This document shows, piece after piece, positions 44,589 through 55,206 of a DNA stretch of 64,000 nucleotides. This DNA is from an uncultured Clostridia bacterium. Lineage in GTDB: Bacteria; Bacillota; Clostridia; Oscillospirales; CAG-272. The position numbers and the translations under genes were made by a program. Location: assembly GCA_944391815.1 (NCBI GenBank), contig CALXUV010000075.1, positions 920 to 64,919 on the forward strand. Reading direction: 5' to 3'. Below the pieces are notes generated by a model. The model made no database searches and was not told the origin of the DNA. It saw only the letters and a program-made list of their open reading frames with translations. How positions within the stretch are numbered: the first letter of the stretch is position 1; every line of letters begins with the position of its first letter.

Positions 44589-45518
44589 ATGGAATTTACT
44601 GTAAAAAATCTAAGCGACAAAGTATTATTAAGAAGCTATCTGCGGGATACACTCGGTGTTTCCCGCAGAATTCTTACTATACTTAAATCTACCGAGAACG
44701 GTATCTGCGTTAACGGCAAACACGTAAATGTACTTGAAAAGATAGGAAACGGCGATATAATCAGTCTGAAAATAGAAGATACTTCAACCGAGAACTTTTC
44801 ATGTCCGCCTTCCCTGCTGCCGGTACCGGAAATTATATCAGAAACCGATGCTTTCATTGCCGTAAATAAGCCTGCCGGAATGCCGACTCATCCGTCAAGA
44901 GGACATTACGAAGACACCCTTGCAAACAGGATTTCCGGATATTTTCTCAGACAAAATAAACCTTTTGTTTTCAGAGCGGTCAACCGACTTGATTCTGACA
45001 CAAGCGGAATAGTTCTTATTGCTTTGAACAAATACTATTCCTGTGCACTTTCCGAAGCGCTCAAAAAAGGGCTTTTCAGCAAAGAGTACCTTGCAGTAAC
45101 AGAAAATCTGCCGTCTGACAGCGGGGTAATTGAAGGATATATTTCACGGGAATCAGACAGCATAATCAAACGCAGGTTAACCGCAAATGAAATACCCGGC
45201 AGTCACTATTCACGTACAGAATATGAGGTGGTTTTACGCAGTGAAAAATATTGTCTGGTCAGACTAAAACCGATTACCGGAAAAACGCATCAGCTTCGTG
45301 TCCATTTATCAAGTATCGGTTACCCAATTATCGGTGACACTATGTATGGAAGTGAAAGCCGGTTTATTGGCAGACAGGCGCTGCACGCTGTGAAACTCAC
45401 CTTCCCTTCTCCTTTAAGCAAAAATTTTATAACTCTTTCCGCACCCATTCCGGAAGATTTCCGGAATCTGCTTACTCTGATCGGACTGCATACCAATAAT
45501 AAAGACATTAACATCTGA
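44589..45518 (+). CDS. RluA-family pseudouridine synthase with an N-terminal S4-like domain
   Basis: 309 aa. The catalytic motif context is VNRLDSDTSGIVLIAL, with HQLRVHL downstream. Confidence 0.85.
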   Translation: MEFTVKNLSDKVLLRSYLRDTLGVSRRILTILKSTENGICVNGKHVNVLEKIGNGDIISLKIEDTSTENFSCPPSLLPVPEIISETDAFIAVNKPAGMPTHPSRGHYEDTLANRISGYFLRQNKPFVFRAVNRLDSDTSGIVLIALNKYYSCALSEALKKGLFSKEYLAVTENLPSDSGVIEGYISRESDSIIKRRLTANEIPGSHYSRTEYEVVLRSEKYCLVRLKPITGKTHQLRVHLSSIGYPIIGDTMYGSESRFIGRQALHAVKLTFPSPLSKNFITLSAPIPEDFRNLLTLIGLHTNNKDINI

Positions 45519-45572
45519 CTGTAAGAGAAATCAACCCTGCCGATTTTCTTTAAAACTTCTGATGGTGATTTT

Positions 45573-46676
45573 ATGAAAAAACTGAAAGATGTAATTAAAA
45601 AATATTTTCCCGCCGTTTCGGTGGTTTTCTTTGCTATAGCAATTATCTGTGTCATAGTAAATGTAATCAGTATTTTTTCGGTGCGTTTCGCTGAGTTTTT
45701 CAACAATAGTGTTGCAGCTTTTTTCAGATTTTTGCTTGCTGAAATAACAAATATTTTCCCGTTTTCACTTGCAGAAATTCTGATAATCCTTTCTCCCCTT
45801 ATAATTGCGGCGATTTTCTACCTCTTTCACAGATCCTTTAAAAAAGGAAAAACGGCAACACTTCGTTTTTTTGCCGTTTTAATTTCCTCAGTTACTCTAT
45901 TCTATTCTCTCTTTGTTTTAACTTTTGCCTGCGGTTACAGAGGGCTGACTCTTGACCGGAAGCTCGGACTTGAACGCAACGAAATTTCAGCCGAGGACCT
46001 TGAAACAACGCTGAACATAATTATTGAAGAGCTCAATAAATGTGTTGCCGATACCGAATATTCTTCTGACAACTTTTCGGTTATGCCGTATTCATTCCGA
46101 AATCTCAGCGATAAACTAAATGAGGCGTACAAAACATTTGCTGAAAATCACAGTTTTATAACTACTTTAAAAACCAATGTCAAGCCGGTTTTACTGAGTG
46201 AGCCGATGACTTATACGCATATTTCGGGCGTATACACATTTTTCACCGGTGAGGCAAACGTCAATACAAATTATCCGGACTTTGTTATACCGTATACAAT
46301 GGCTCACGAAATGGCTCATCAGCGTGGTATAGCTCGTGAAGATGAAGCAAATTTTATAGCATTTCTCGTTTGCATACAAAGTGACGACAACTATATAAGA
46401 TATTCCGGTTACATCGGTGTATTTGAATACCTGCTGAACGCTTTGTGGAGAGCAGACAGAGATAAGTATAATGAAATAATCAAAACTGTCAGTCCGGAAA
46501 TTCTCAAAGAAGAAATTGCATACAGCGACTTTTTTGAAAAATACGATGATAATATAGTCGCCGATATTTCTCAGAACGTCAATAACTCTTATCTTGTTTC
46601 ACAAGGTCAGACCGAAGGAACAAAAAGTTACGGTCTTGTTGTGGATCTTACCGTTGCTTATTATCTTTATGGCTGA
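45573..46676 (+). CDS. DUF3810-family membrane-associated putative zinc peptidase
   Basis: 367 aa with N-terminal TM segments and an HEMAHQRG (HExxH) motif. Confidence 0.7.
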   Translation: MKKLKDVIKKYFPAVSVVFFAIAIICVIVNVISIFSVRFAEFFNNSVAAFFRFLLAEITNIFPFSLAEILIILSPLIIAAIFYLFHRSFKKGKTATLRFFAVLISSVTLFYSLFVLTFACGYRGLTLDRKLGLERNEISAEDLETTLNIIIEELNKCVADTEYSSDNFSVMPYSFRNLSDKLNEAYKTFAENHSFITTLKTNVKPVLLSEPMTYTHISGVYTFFTGEANVNTNYPDFVIPYTMAHEMAHQRGIAREDEANFIAFLVCIQSDDNYIRYSGYIGVFEYLLNALWRADRDKYNEIIKTVSPEILKEEIAYSDFFEKYDDNIVADISQNVNNSYLVSQGQTEGTKSYGLVVDLTVAYYLYG

Positions 46677-47914
46677 TATTCAATATCAGCACCAAGTTGT
46701 GAAAGCTTTTTTTCAATATCAGAATAACCGCGACGGATATAATCAGCATTCAGTATTTCAGACCTGCCACCGGCGTTTAGCGCCGCAGCAATCAGTGCGG
46801 CACCGCCTCGTAAATCAGTCGCAGACATAACTCCCGGACGGTAACCTGATATTCCGGTTACCGTCAGTTTTCTTTCTGACAAATCAAATCTCAGTCCGGA
46901 TTTTTGAAGCTCGGTCGCGTACCCGAATCTGCTGCTGAAAATTGTTTCGCTTATAGTTCCCTGCCCCTCTGATACTCCGGAAAGAACCGTTATAAGCGGC
47001 TGAAGATCTGTTGGAAATCCGGGGAATGGTTCGGTGATCACGTCGCATGCTTTCAGATGCTTTCCTTCCGTTTTTACACTGCTGTTGCATACAGTTATGC
47101 TTGCTCCGAAATTTTTCAAAGTGCTGAAAAATGACTGCATTTCACCTATCGGTGCGTTCCGACAGTATATTTTTCCTTCTGTTACCAAACCGTAAATCAT
47201 ATAGGTTCCGGCTTCTATCATATCGTAGTCCAAGGTATGAAGTGAGCCGGTTAACTTATTTTTACCGTAAATTACTATGCGGTCACTTCCCGCACCGTAA
47301 ATCTCGGCTCCGCATGAATTGAGGTAAAGCGACAGATCCTTGATGTGCGGTTCACGTGCGGCGTTGACGATTACGGTGGTTCCTTTCGCTTTTACTGCGG
47401 CTATAATTGCATTAATCGTTCCGCCTACCGTTTTCGACGGAAAAACAACTGTGTTGCCCGTCAGTCCCGAACGGCATTCAAGAGATTTTCCTCCGCTCCT
47501 TAAAGTGGCGCCGAGAGAAATCATTGCATTTATATGCATATCTACCGGTCTTGCTCCAAAATTACATCCTCCGCTTTCAGGAAGCTCGCAATACCCGAAT
47601 CTTGACAGCAAAGCTCCCATCAGATAGCTTGAAGCCCTTATTTTCTTTATCAGATTGCACGGCATGGCTCTGTTTCGTATATCATCTGTGTTTATCTTTA
47701 CACATGTCGGACTTTCACGCCATATCCGACAACCGTAATACGACAGTATTTTCAGACAGTTGTCAACATCTGTTATATCCGGAAGGTTGGATATAACCGT
47801 ATCGCCGTCAGTTACAAGTGTTGCTATAAGTATCGCTACTGCTGAATTTTTAGACCCCTGAATATCTACGGTACCGCACAATTTTTTACCGCCGTTTATT
47901 ATGTATTTTCCCAT
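46667..47914 (-). CDS. murA: UDP-N-acetylglucosamine 1-carboxyvinyltransferase
   Basis: 415 aa with a GGAGGG RBS. QGSKNSAVAIL occurs near the N-terminus, and the EPSP-synthase-like fold pattern runs throughout (GGCNFGARPVDMH). Confidence 0.9.
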   Translation of the reverse strand: MGKYIINGGKKLCGTVDIQGSKNSAVAILIATLVTDGDTVISNLPDITDVDNCLKILSYYGCRIWRESPTCVKINTDDIRNRAMPCNLIKKIRASSYLMGALLSRFGYCELPESGGCNFGARPVDMHINAMISLGATLRSGGKSLECRSGLTGNTVVFPSKTVGGTINAIIAAVKAKGTTVIVNAAREPHIKDLSLYLNSCGAEIYGAGSDRIVIYGKNKLTGSLHTLDYDMIEAGTYMIYGLVTEGKIYCRNAPIGEMQSFFSTLKNFGASITVCNSSVKTEGKHLKACDVITEPFPGFPTDLQPLITVLSGVSEGQGTISETIFSSRFGYATELQKSGLRFDLSERKLTVTGISGYRPGVMSATDLRGGAALIAAALNAGGRSEILNADYIRRGYSDIEKKLSQLGADIEYQP

Positions 47915-48235
47915 AATACCCTCCGGACATTACTTTTTTGAAAATCAATATCAGTATATGCCCTCTGAAAAATTGTGTGTATGAAAAAACAGCCTATAAG
48001 TCCGCATTTACAGTCAATTTCATATTAAACAGAAATTGTCTTCCAAAAACTCGGCAAATAAGTAACAAATCAGTTTGAATGATGATTCAACTTTTCCGAA
48101 AACGTCCGCCTGACGTTACTGTTTTCTAAATCCACCAAATAAAGTTTTACATATACTTAAATTAACTATTATCGCCTTTAATAATGTAAGAGAGCAAAAG
48201 CAATTTTTGCCTTTGCTCTCTTGATTTGATTAACT

Positions 48236-48310
48236 GCACGAACAGAAATATTTGTCAACGGCGGGTGAAACCCGTTAATCTTGACCGTTGACTAATGTTT
48301 CTGTTTGTGC
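48236..48310. repeat. Long imperfect inverted repeat (26-nt arms, 23/26 complementary) with an inner mini-hairpin
   Basis: GCACGAACAGAAATATTTGTCAACGG (48236-48261) against CCGTTGACTAATGTTTCTGTTTGTGC (48285-48310). The centre contains CGGG-TGAAA-CCCG. Confidence 0.6.
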
Positions 48311-48403
48311 TATTTACTAAACTGCTACAAAGATTGAAAATTTCACATTTATATGTTAGAATAAACTTGGCAGTTAGTAAATCATATTATTTGAGGTGAA
48401 TAC

Positions 48404-48916
48404 ATGACTTGTACGCTTAGAAAATGGAAATTGTCAGATGCAGCGGATCTTGCTTCAACAATATCAAACAAACATATTCAGGACAACCTGCGTGACGGAA
48501 TACCTTATCCTTACACTGAAAATGATGCAGTGGAGTTTATTTCATCCATGCTTTCCGCAAACGAAAATGAAATCTTTGCATTTGCTATTACTGTTGATGA
48601 TAAAGCTGTCGGTAGTATAGGAGTTTTTCGTCAACATAATATTCACAGACAAACTGCAGAACTCGGGTACTACATTGCCGAAGAATATTGGGGAAAAGGA
48701 CTGATGACATCGGCTGTCGTTCAGATATGCCGGCTTGTATTCGAAAACAGCGACATTATCCGTATCTATGCCGAACCGTTTTCTTATAACATTGCCTCAT
48801 GCCGTGTACTTGAAAAGGCTGGCTTTCAATTTGAAGGTACGCTGAGAAGTAATGCTGTGAAGAACGGGAAAATTTTAGATATGAAAATGTATTCAAAATT
48901 GAAGTCAAATCAGTAA
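48404..48916 (+). CDS. GNAT-family N-acetyltransferase (RimJ/RimL-like)
   Basis: 170 aa with a GAGGTG RBS. Motif A region: ELGYYIAEEYWGKGLMTSAV. Confidence 0.8.
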   Translation: MTCTLRKWKLSDAADLASTISNKHIQDNLRDGIPYPYTENDAVEFISSMLSANENEIFAFAITVDDKAVGSIGVFRQHNIHRQTAELGYYIAEEYWGKGLMTSAVVQICRLVFENSDIIRIYAEPFSYNIASCRVLEKAGFQFEGTLRSNAVKNGKILDMKMYSKLKSNQ

Positions 48917-49381
48917 ACTACTCTTTTAGTTTTATCTCTATTCAATAATTATAACCATTTAAATAACTTTAAAAATCAAGTTTCCGAAAATTTGCTGCTC
49001 AAAACAACAAACCACCAAACAGTGTTTTAATCCACATACAAATATTTTAAAGTGCACAATATAAAATCAAAAAACAAGGCCACAGAAAATGACCTTGTTT
49101 TTTTAATAGTATTGAAAAATCATGTATCGCTCATGATAAAGCTAAAAACTCCGAAAGATTATGATTTTCAGAAACGAAAAATTACGGAAATAATACACCC
49201 TTCTGTACTTTTTAAATACCCGAAATATTGTTATATTTGAGAATTGCATTTATAAAATATACCGGAATTGTATTGATTTGATGCTGCAACGAAGCTAAAT
49301 ATCGGGAATTTAAAAATGATTCGTTATATCGTGATTCTGCAACGAGCAAAGACTTTTATTTCAAGCTGAAATAACTTGCAG

Positions 49382-50086
49382 TTAATCGTTCCTGTTGAAA
49401 CGTCCCAAAATCAAAAGTAGTCTTAGAAGTTGTGAAAGAGAAGCGGCAAGGGCGGCTACGTATGTCAGAGCTGCGGCACTCAAAACAGCCTTAGCAGCCT
49501 TAATTTCTTCCGAATCGAGAATTCCAGTCCTCTCTATAGATGCTATCGCCCTTGATGAAGCGTTATACTCAGTCGGTAAAGTTATTAACTGGAACAGAGC
49601 TGTAAATGAAAAGAGTCCTATTCCTATATAAGCGACTATTACAAAGGTCTGAGAAATCATCGTAAGAAATATTCCGAGTATGAAAATCCAGATTCCGAGA
49701 TTTGAGCCAATGTTGGTTATCGGTATAATAGCCTGGCGCAGTTTAACAGGAGCATAATTTTCCGCATACTGAATTGCATGTCCTGCTTCGTGACAAGCGA
49801 CCCCTATCGCAGCCGCTGATGTTGAATTATAGACTGAATCAGACAAACGGATAACATTGGCTCTCGGGTCGTAATGATCAGTGAGATTGCCGGGGACGTG
49901 TTCAATAGATACCGAATAAAGTCCTTTGTTATCAAGAACAGCCCGGCAAGCCATTGCCGCAGTATAACCCTTTTTTGAGAAAATTTTACTGTTTTTGTTA
50001 AATGTGGTATTTACCCTGACGCTTGCCCAGACAGAAAAAATCAGCGCCGGTAACACTATCAAATATGTCCAGTCGAAAAAAAACAT
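49382..50086 (-). CDS. YugP-like putative neutral zinc metallopeptidase (membrane)
   Basis: 234 aa with HEAGHAIQ (HExxH), an N-terminal TM and C-terminal TMs. Confidence 0.75.
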   Translation of the reverse strand: MFFFDWTYLIVLPALIFSVWASVRVNTTFNKNSKIFSKKGYTAAMACRAVLDNKGLYSVSIEHVPGNLTDHYDPRANVIRLSDSVYNSTSAAAIGVACHEAGHAIQYAENYAPVKLRQAIIPITNIGSNLGIWIFILGIFLTMISQTFVIVAYIGIGLFSFTALFQLITLPTEYNASSRAIASIERTGILDSEEIKAAKAVLSAAALTYVAALAASLSQLLRLLLILGRFNRND

Positions 50087-50415
50087 ATTTTATCCTTTCT
50101 TGAATGATTGATTTTTTTAAGTTATTTAATACACCACTGAGTTTATTATACTTTCCATCTGTGTAAATTTATTTGTTTTTAGGGAAAAAAATTGTAAATT
50201 AAGTTTCCTGTTTATGGAAAATATCATAACAATTCTAATACTTTTTCGGATTTACGGGGTTATTAAACCAACATAGATTTTTTAATAGCGCCCACAAATC
50301 AAACAAAATATATTAGTCAGTCTTCCGTGATTATCAAATCAAAAGGTAAAAATATTTAAACAGTGTATTGATTTTTCAGCTGAACAATGCTATAATCAGG
50401 AAAAAGGAGGTAGTT

Positions 50416-52110
50416 ATGAGAACCTTAGAACACTATTTCGATCTTTGTGTGGTCGGCGGCGGAATGGCAGGAATGTGTACAGCTATTTCGGCGGCAAGAC
50501 ACGGTATTAAAACAGCTCTTGTCCAGGATCGTCCTGTACTTGGCGGAAACGCTTCCAGCGAAATCCGGATGCACATATGCGGTGCGCACGGCAAAAACCG
50601 CAGAGAAACCGGAATAATCGAAGAAATATTACTCGAAAATTACCACAGAAATACCGGGCTTAACTATTACATATGGGACAGCGTACTCTACGAAAAAGCA
50701 TATTTTCAGGAAAATCTGACGTTGTTTCTCAACTGTACGGTAAACAAATGTGAGATGGATGGCAACAAAATAAAATCTGTAACGGGATGGTCACTCACAA
50801 GTGAAACATTTCACGTTATAAAAGCTGCCTTTTTTGCCGACTGTTCCGGTGATTCTGTACTTGCTCCTCTCACAGGAGCCTCATACATGCTCGGACGCGA
50901 AGCAAAGTCTGATTATGGCGAAAGTATTCCTCCGGATGTATCCGACAAAAAAACCATGGGTATGAGTTGCCTCTTCCAGATAAGGGAAACAACTCACAAA
51001 ACCGAATTCATACCGCCCGACTGGGCTTACGTATATGAAAATGATGCTCCCTTTGCTCACAAAGGGCATGAACAAAACTCAAACTGGTGGTGGATTGAGC
51101 TTGGCGGAGAACAGGACAGCATACACGATACGGAAGAAATAAAACATGAACTGCTGAAAATAGCCTTCGGAGTCTGGGATCACCTCAAAAACAGAGGCGA
51201 TCACGGCTTTGATAACTGGGAGCTTGACTGGATCGGCTTTTTGCCCGGTAAAAGAGAAAGCCGTCGCTATAAAGGCAAATACGTCGTAACTCAAAACGAC
51301 GTTGAGTCCGAGGGAAGATTTGACGATCTCATTGCATACGGTGGCTGGACAATGGACGATCACTTCCCTGCCGGATTTTATCATACCTCTTCACATCCGA
51401 CAATTTATCATCCGGCTCCGTCTCCCTGGGGACTTCCCTATCGTTCGCTTATTTCCGAAAACATCGAAAACCTTTGTTTTGCAGGAAGAAATATCAGCGT
51501 AACGCACGCCGCACTTTCGTCTTCCAGAGTTATGGCAACATGTGCACTTCTTGGTCAGGCTCTCGGAACAGCGGTATCTATGGCTGTAAAAACGGGGTGT
51601 GCACTTGACAAAATAAATGTAAAAGAACTTCAGGAAAAGCTGATGTTTGACGACTGCTGGCTTCCTTTCAGAAAAAGAGAGCTTAATTTACTTACTTCGC
51701 AGGCAAAAGTTTCTCATCCGGTTCTGGTAAACGGTTATGACAGACCGGACGAAAACGGTTCGAATCAAGCTGTGCTTCAGAAGGGCGAAAAAGCCGTCTT
51801 TGAATTTGATTCTTACAAAGACATCAGCGGCGTTAGACTTGTGTTTGACTCGGACCTCAACCGTCCGGAAAAAAATATGCCGTATAACTTCCCGCTTGAA
51901 ATTAAAGGATATAAAACTCCGAAAACCCTTGTAAAGAGCTATAAGCTGATATTTAATACGCCTGACGGTGAAGTGGAAATTACCGAAAACAACAACTATC
52001 AGCGTCTCAATTTCAAATATATCAGCGTAAAAGCGAACAAAGTTACTTTTATACCGCTTGAAACCAACGGCGACGAAGTATGCAAGGTTTTCGCAATGGA
52101 TATTTTCTGA
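50416..52110 (+). CDS. FAD-dependent oxidoreductase (FAD_oxidored-type)
   Basis: 564 aa from ATG 50416, with AAGGAGG upstream; the track ORF is over-extended. The N-terminal dinucleotide fold is DLCVVGGGMAGMCTA. Confidence 0.75.
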   Translation: MRTLEHYFDLCVVGGGMAGMCTAISAARHGIKTALVQDRPVLGGNASSEIRMHICGAHGKNRRETGIIEEILLENYHRNTGLNYYIWDSVLYEKAYFQENLTLFLNCTVNKCEMDGNKIKSVTGWSLTSETFHVIKAAFFADCSGDSVLAPLTGASYMLGREAKSDYGESIPPDVSDKKTMGMSCLFQIRETTHKTEFIPPDWAYVYENDAPFAHKGHEQNSNWWWIELGGEQDSIHDTEEIKHELLKIAFGVWDHLKNRGDHGFDNWELDWIGFLPGKRESRRYKGKYVVTQNDVESEGRFDDLIAYGGWTMDDHFPAGFYHTSSHPTIYHPAPSPWGLPYRSLISENIENLCFAGRNISVTHAALSSSRVMATCALLGQALGTAVSMAVKTGCALDKINVKELQEKLMFDDCWLPFRKRELNLLTSQAKVSHPVLVNGYDRPDENGSNQAVLQKGEKAVFEFDSYKDISGVRLVFDSDLNRPEKNMPYNFPLEIKGYKTPKTLVKSYKLIFNTPDGEVEITENNNYQRLNFKYISVKANKVTFIPLETNGDEVCKVFAMDIF

Positions 52111-52375
52111 TAACTAAAAGCGTAGCTTAGTTATTCTCAAAGTGATTCAGAGTGCATTTTTTGCAAGTAATGTTTTGCATATTTAAATAATAAGAATCAC
52201 CTTAATCTGAATTGAAATAAGCAGTATCGAACTTTTTCAACGTTAAACATTTTCAATTTGAGTATCCGGCAGCAATAATATTTCACTACGACTTCATTAA
52301 TTACAACAAATTACTGTTTTTTCAAGTTTTACTGAATTATACAGCACACTTTTTAGCTTAATATCGCAACAACAA

Positions 52376-52415
52376 AACACCGGCGTTACCGAATTGTAAC
52401 TGCCGGTGTTTTTAA
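52376..52415. terminator. Bidirectional terminator between convergent genes
   Basis: AACACCGGC...GCCGGTGTT with an inner GTTAC/GTAAC stem. An A-run lies upstream and TTTAATTTTT downstream. Confidence 0.7.
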
Positions 52416-52424
52416 TTTTTAAGT

Positions 52425-53573
52425 TTACATTATAGAATCTTTCAGTTTTTCTGTCATTTTCTTATGGAGAGCCTTGACGAAATCATTTGCCTTTCTTGCC
52501 TTTTCTTTGCTTGTACTCCGGTCAGTTATAAATTTCAGAACTGTTTCCGAAAATACATTTTCATCAACACCCATATCACTGTCAAAAAGCCATTCATCAA
52601 GTCCAATGTCACTCCACATAAGCCCTTTGCTTGTCTGCTGTTTCCATCTTACAACAACAGCCGGAATATTGTTGCCTATGCACATGATCGGAGAATGCAT
52701 TTCATTTCCGAAAAGTCCGAGTGATTTTACGTAGACACTTAACGCTTCGTCAGGGAGCCAGAAGCTTTCACGCAGTACAACGTTATTTTTTATATTTTGC
52801 GGAAGTTTTTCATACAGTTCTTCCCTGCCGACTTTAATCTGCGTCATATCCTCAGGGCAGATAAGAACCTTTTTACCGGTCTTACTGACTATGTCTGTTA
52901 TCGCCCGTATCAGATAAGCATGATCGTGAGCTGCATACTTCTTGTTTTCCAAATCGTTTTTTTCGTTGTATTGTGACCTGCCGAGTTCCCAATACGGTGT
53001 ATTCCTGAGCCTTGGTATACAACAAACAAATTCTTTTTCTTTAAGCCCGCTTTGTTCCAGAAAACGCTGTGCTTTTTCTTCGTTTCGCAGATCGGTGGCG
53101 AATGCGGCATCAGGTCCGAATGCAAATTCTTTGTAGTCCGGACAGTCAAGTTTTGCTCTCCTCAGTGAATCAGAATCTCTGAAATAAACAAAACGGCATT
53201 TTTCCATAAGTTCGATTTCCGACATATCCGATCGGTATGTTATTCCGAAAACTCCGCAACCTTTGTCTGAAATTTCGGTAAACATCTTCATTTCACGCGA
53301 TCCGACAAGGAAAGGGCCTGAGCCGTGCAAAAAGAAATCGGCTCGCTTAACCGCACTCATAACCCTGCTGTCACTTAGGTCACCTTTTACAAATTCGATA
53401 TCCGGAAACCGCTTTTTTTCCATTTCCATTACGTCAGGAGTTATATCAGCAGATGCCCATACTGTAACCTTAGCTTCAGGAATATATTTTTCGATAAGCG
53501 CAAGAAGCGCAGGAGTATGAGATATATCACCGATATTTACAGTTTGCCATGACGATCTGAGCAGTATTTCCAT
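52425..53573 (-). CDS. Polysaccharide pyruvyl transferase family protein
   Basis: 382 aa from ATG 53573 (MEILLRSSWQTVNIGDISHTPALL); the track ORF is extended 41 codons upstream. The N-terminal NIGD pattern is typical of the family. Confidence 0.65.
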   Translation of the reverse strand: MEILLRSSWQTVNIGDISHTPALLALIEKYIPEAKVTVWASADITPDVMEMEKKRFPDIEFVKGDLSDSRVMSAVKRADFFLHGSGPFLVGSREMKMFTEISDKGCGVFGITYRSDMSEIELMEKCRFVYFRDSDSLRRAKLDCPDYKEFAFGPDAAFATDLRNEEKAQRFLEQSGLKEKEFVCCIPRLRNTPYWELGRSQYNEKNDLENKKYAAHDHAYLIRAITDIVSKTGKKVLICPEDMTQIKVGREELYEKLPQNIKNNVVLRESFWLPDEALSVYVKSLGLFGNEMHSPIMCIGNNIPAVVVRWKQQTSKGLMWSDIGLDEWLFDSDMGVDENVFSETVLKFITDRSTSKEKARKANDFVKALHKKMTEKLKDSIM

Positions 53574-53928
53574 CCTTTTTACCCCATTGATTGAATTTCT
53601 GTTCGCACGATATCTGAGCATGTCGCTATTTAAGTAAACCGTTAAACAAGCAAATCCGATATTTTCAAAACATATTAAATGTTCCCTGAGCTGCATTTCC
53701 GTCAGAACAAGCTTAGCATATGGTCTCTACATTTTTCAAAAACATTTTAAAATAAATTGCCTACGGTGGGAAGGATAAAGTATTGCAAAAATACAGAATT
53801 GTTCAGTTACATTCTTGAAACTTTATTTCTTGATTTATGGATGACCGTGTTAACCAGTGAAAAAATTTACTTTAAAAAGGACGTAAATAGCATTGAAAAT
53901 GAGGTAACAAAGCAAAAAAGTATTTAAA

Positions 53929-54576
53929 TTATTTGCCGAAAGCTTCGTTCCAGTCCTTCATAAATCTTTCTATTCCGGAATCGGTAAGCGGATGTTTGAT
54001 CATCTGCATTATTATCTTGTACGGAACAGTTGCTATGTCAGCTCCGCAACGTGCGGAATTCACAACATCCTCCGGGCTTCTTATACTCGCCGCTATTATT
54101 TCGGTCGTTATTCCGTGCAAACTGAATATTTCAGATATTGTTGATATAAGCGCATCTCCGTCGGATGAAATATCATTGAGTCTGCCCACAAACGGACTGA
54201 CGTATGTCGCGCCGGCACGTGCAGCAAGCAGAGCTTGTGAAGCACTGAAAACAAGCGTTACGTTGGTTTTTATATTCTTTGAGGAAAGTACCTTGACTGC
54301 CTTGAGTCCCTCAGCTGTTATCGGGATTTTTATTACAATGTTTTCGCTGAGCGAAGAAAGTTTTTCGGCTTCCGCCACCATTCCGGCGGCATCATTGGCA
54401 ACAACCTCAGCACTCACGGGACCGCTGACGATTCCGGTAATCTCTTTGATTACTTCTATAAAATCCTTGCCTTCCTTTGCAATAAGAGAAGGATTGGTTG
54501 TTACGCCCTGTATTACTCCAAGGTCGTTTGCTGTTCTGATCTCTTCAACATTTGCGGTGTCAATAAAAAGTTTCAT
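53929..54576 (-). CDS. tal: Transaldolase / fructose-6-phosphate aldolase (short type)
   Basis: 215 aa: [14 protein letters not shown]...GVTTNPSL...IKIPIT (Schiff-base Lys context)...VTLVFS. Confidence 0.9.
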   Translation of the reverse strand: MKLFIDTANVEEIRTANDLGVIQGVTTNPSLIAKEGKDFIEVIKEITGIVSGPVSAEVVANDAAGMVAEAEKLSSLSENIVIKIPITAEGLKAVKVLSSKNIKTNVTLVFSASQALLAARAGATYVSPFVGRLNDISSDGDALISTISEIFSLHGITTEIIAASIRSPEDVVNSARCGADIATVPYKIIMQMIKHPLTDSGIERFMKDWNEAFGK

Positions 54577-54628
54577 TTTTGCGCCTCTTTCAAAAATATA
54601 TTTAATTTTTAATTCCGGCGCGGACTTG

Positions 54629-55189
54629 TCAGATACTTACAGTTTCAAAAGTATGTCCCGTTGCCGGAATGATTTTTGATATCAGGTCTTCGGTTCTGAA
54701 TTTAAGACTCGAAGTATTTACGCAGGGATGAGCTCCGATATACTCGCTATTCAGAATATCACTGTCAAGAAGCAGTCTGACTTTTCCCTCCGTATCGTTA
54801 ATAAGCCCGAGAACGCTTACGGAGCCCGGCGTGACGCCGAGATATTTTTTCATGTTTTCCGCACTTCCGAATGAAAGTCTGGAAACATCAAGCTGCTTTG
54901 AAAGTACGCTTGTCATAAATTTTTTTATGGAGTCAATCATCAGAAGATAAAATTCAGTCTGCTGTCTGTTGCAGAGGAAAAGATTTTTGCAGATCTGAGC
55001 CTCAAGCAGTTTGTCAGCCTCCTCACAATCACTCATCGTCATTGCCGGATCGTGATCTATTCTCAGATAACTTACCCCAAGCGAGTCGAGAAAATCGTAC
55101 GTTTTAATCTCGTTTTCTGTTCTTCCGGAAATATCCTCCGGACGTCCCTGCAAAATACTGATTTTGTTATTCACTTTCTTTACCTGCAT
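54629..55189 (-). CDS. Prolyl-tRNA synthetase-associated (YbaK/ProX-like) deacylase domain protein
   Basis: 186 aa with [18 protein letters not shown] and [12 protein letters not shown] patterns typical of this family. Confidence 0.75.
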   Translation of the reverse strand: MQVKKVNNKISILQGRPEDISGRTENEIKTYDFLDSLGVSYLRIDHDPAMTMSDCEEADKLLEAQICKNLFLCNRQQTEFYLLMIDSIKKFMTSVLSKQLDVSRLSFGSAENMKKYLGVTPGSVSVLGLINDTEGKVRLLLDSDILNSEYIGAHPCVNTSSLKFRTEDLISKIIPATGHTFETVSI

Positions 55190-55206
55190 TCCATAAAAAT
55201 TATATA

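Noticed and set aside
53933-54679. 248-aa plus-strand ORF opposite the transaldolase gene
   Set aside because: It is an antisense shadow with a Ser/Ile/Thr-rich low-complexity translation. The minus-strand frame is an unmistakable transaldolase.
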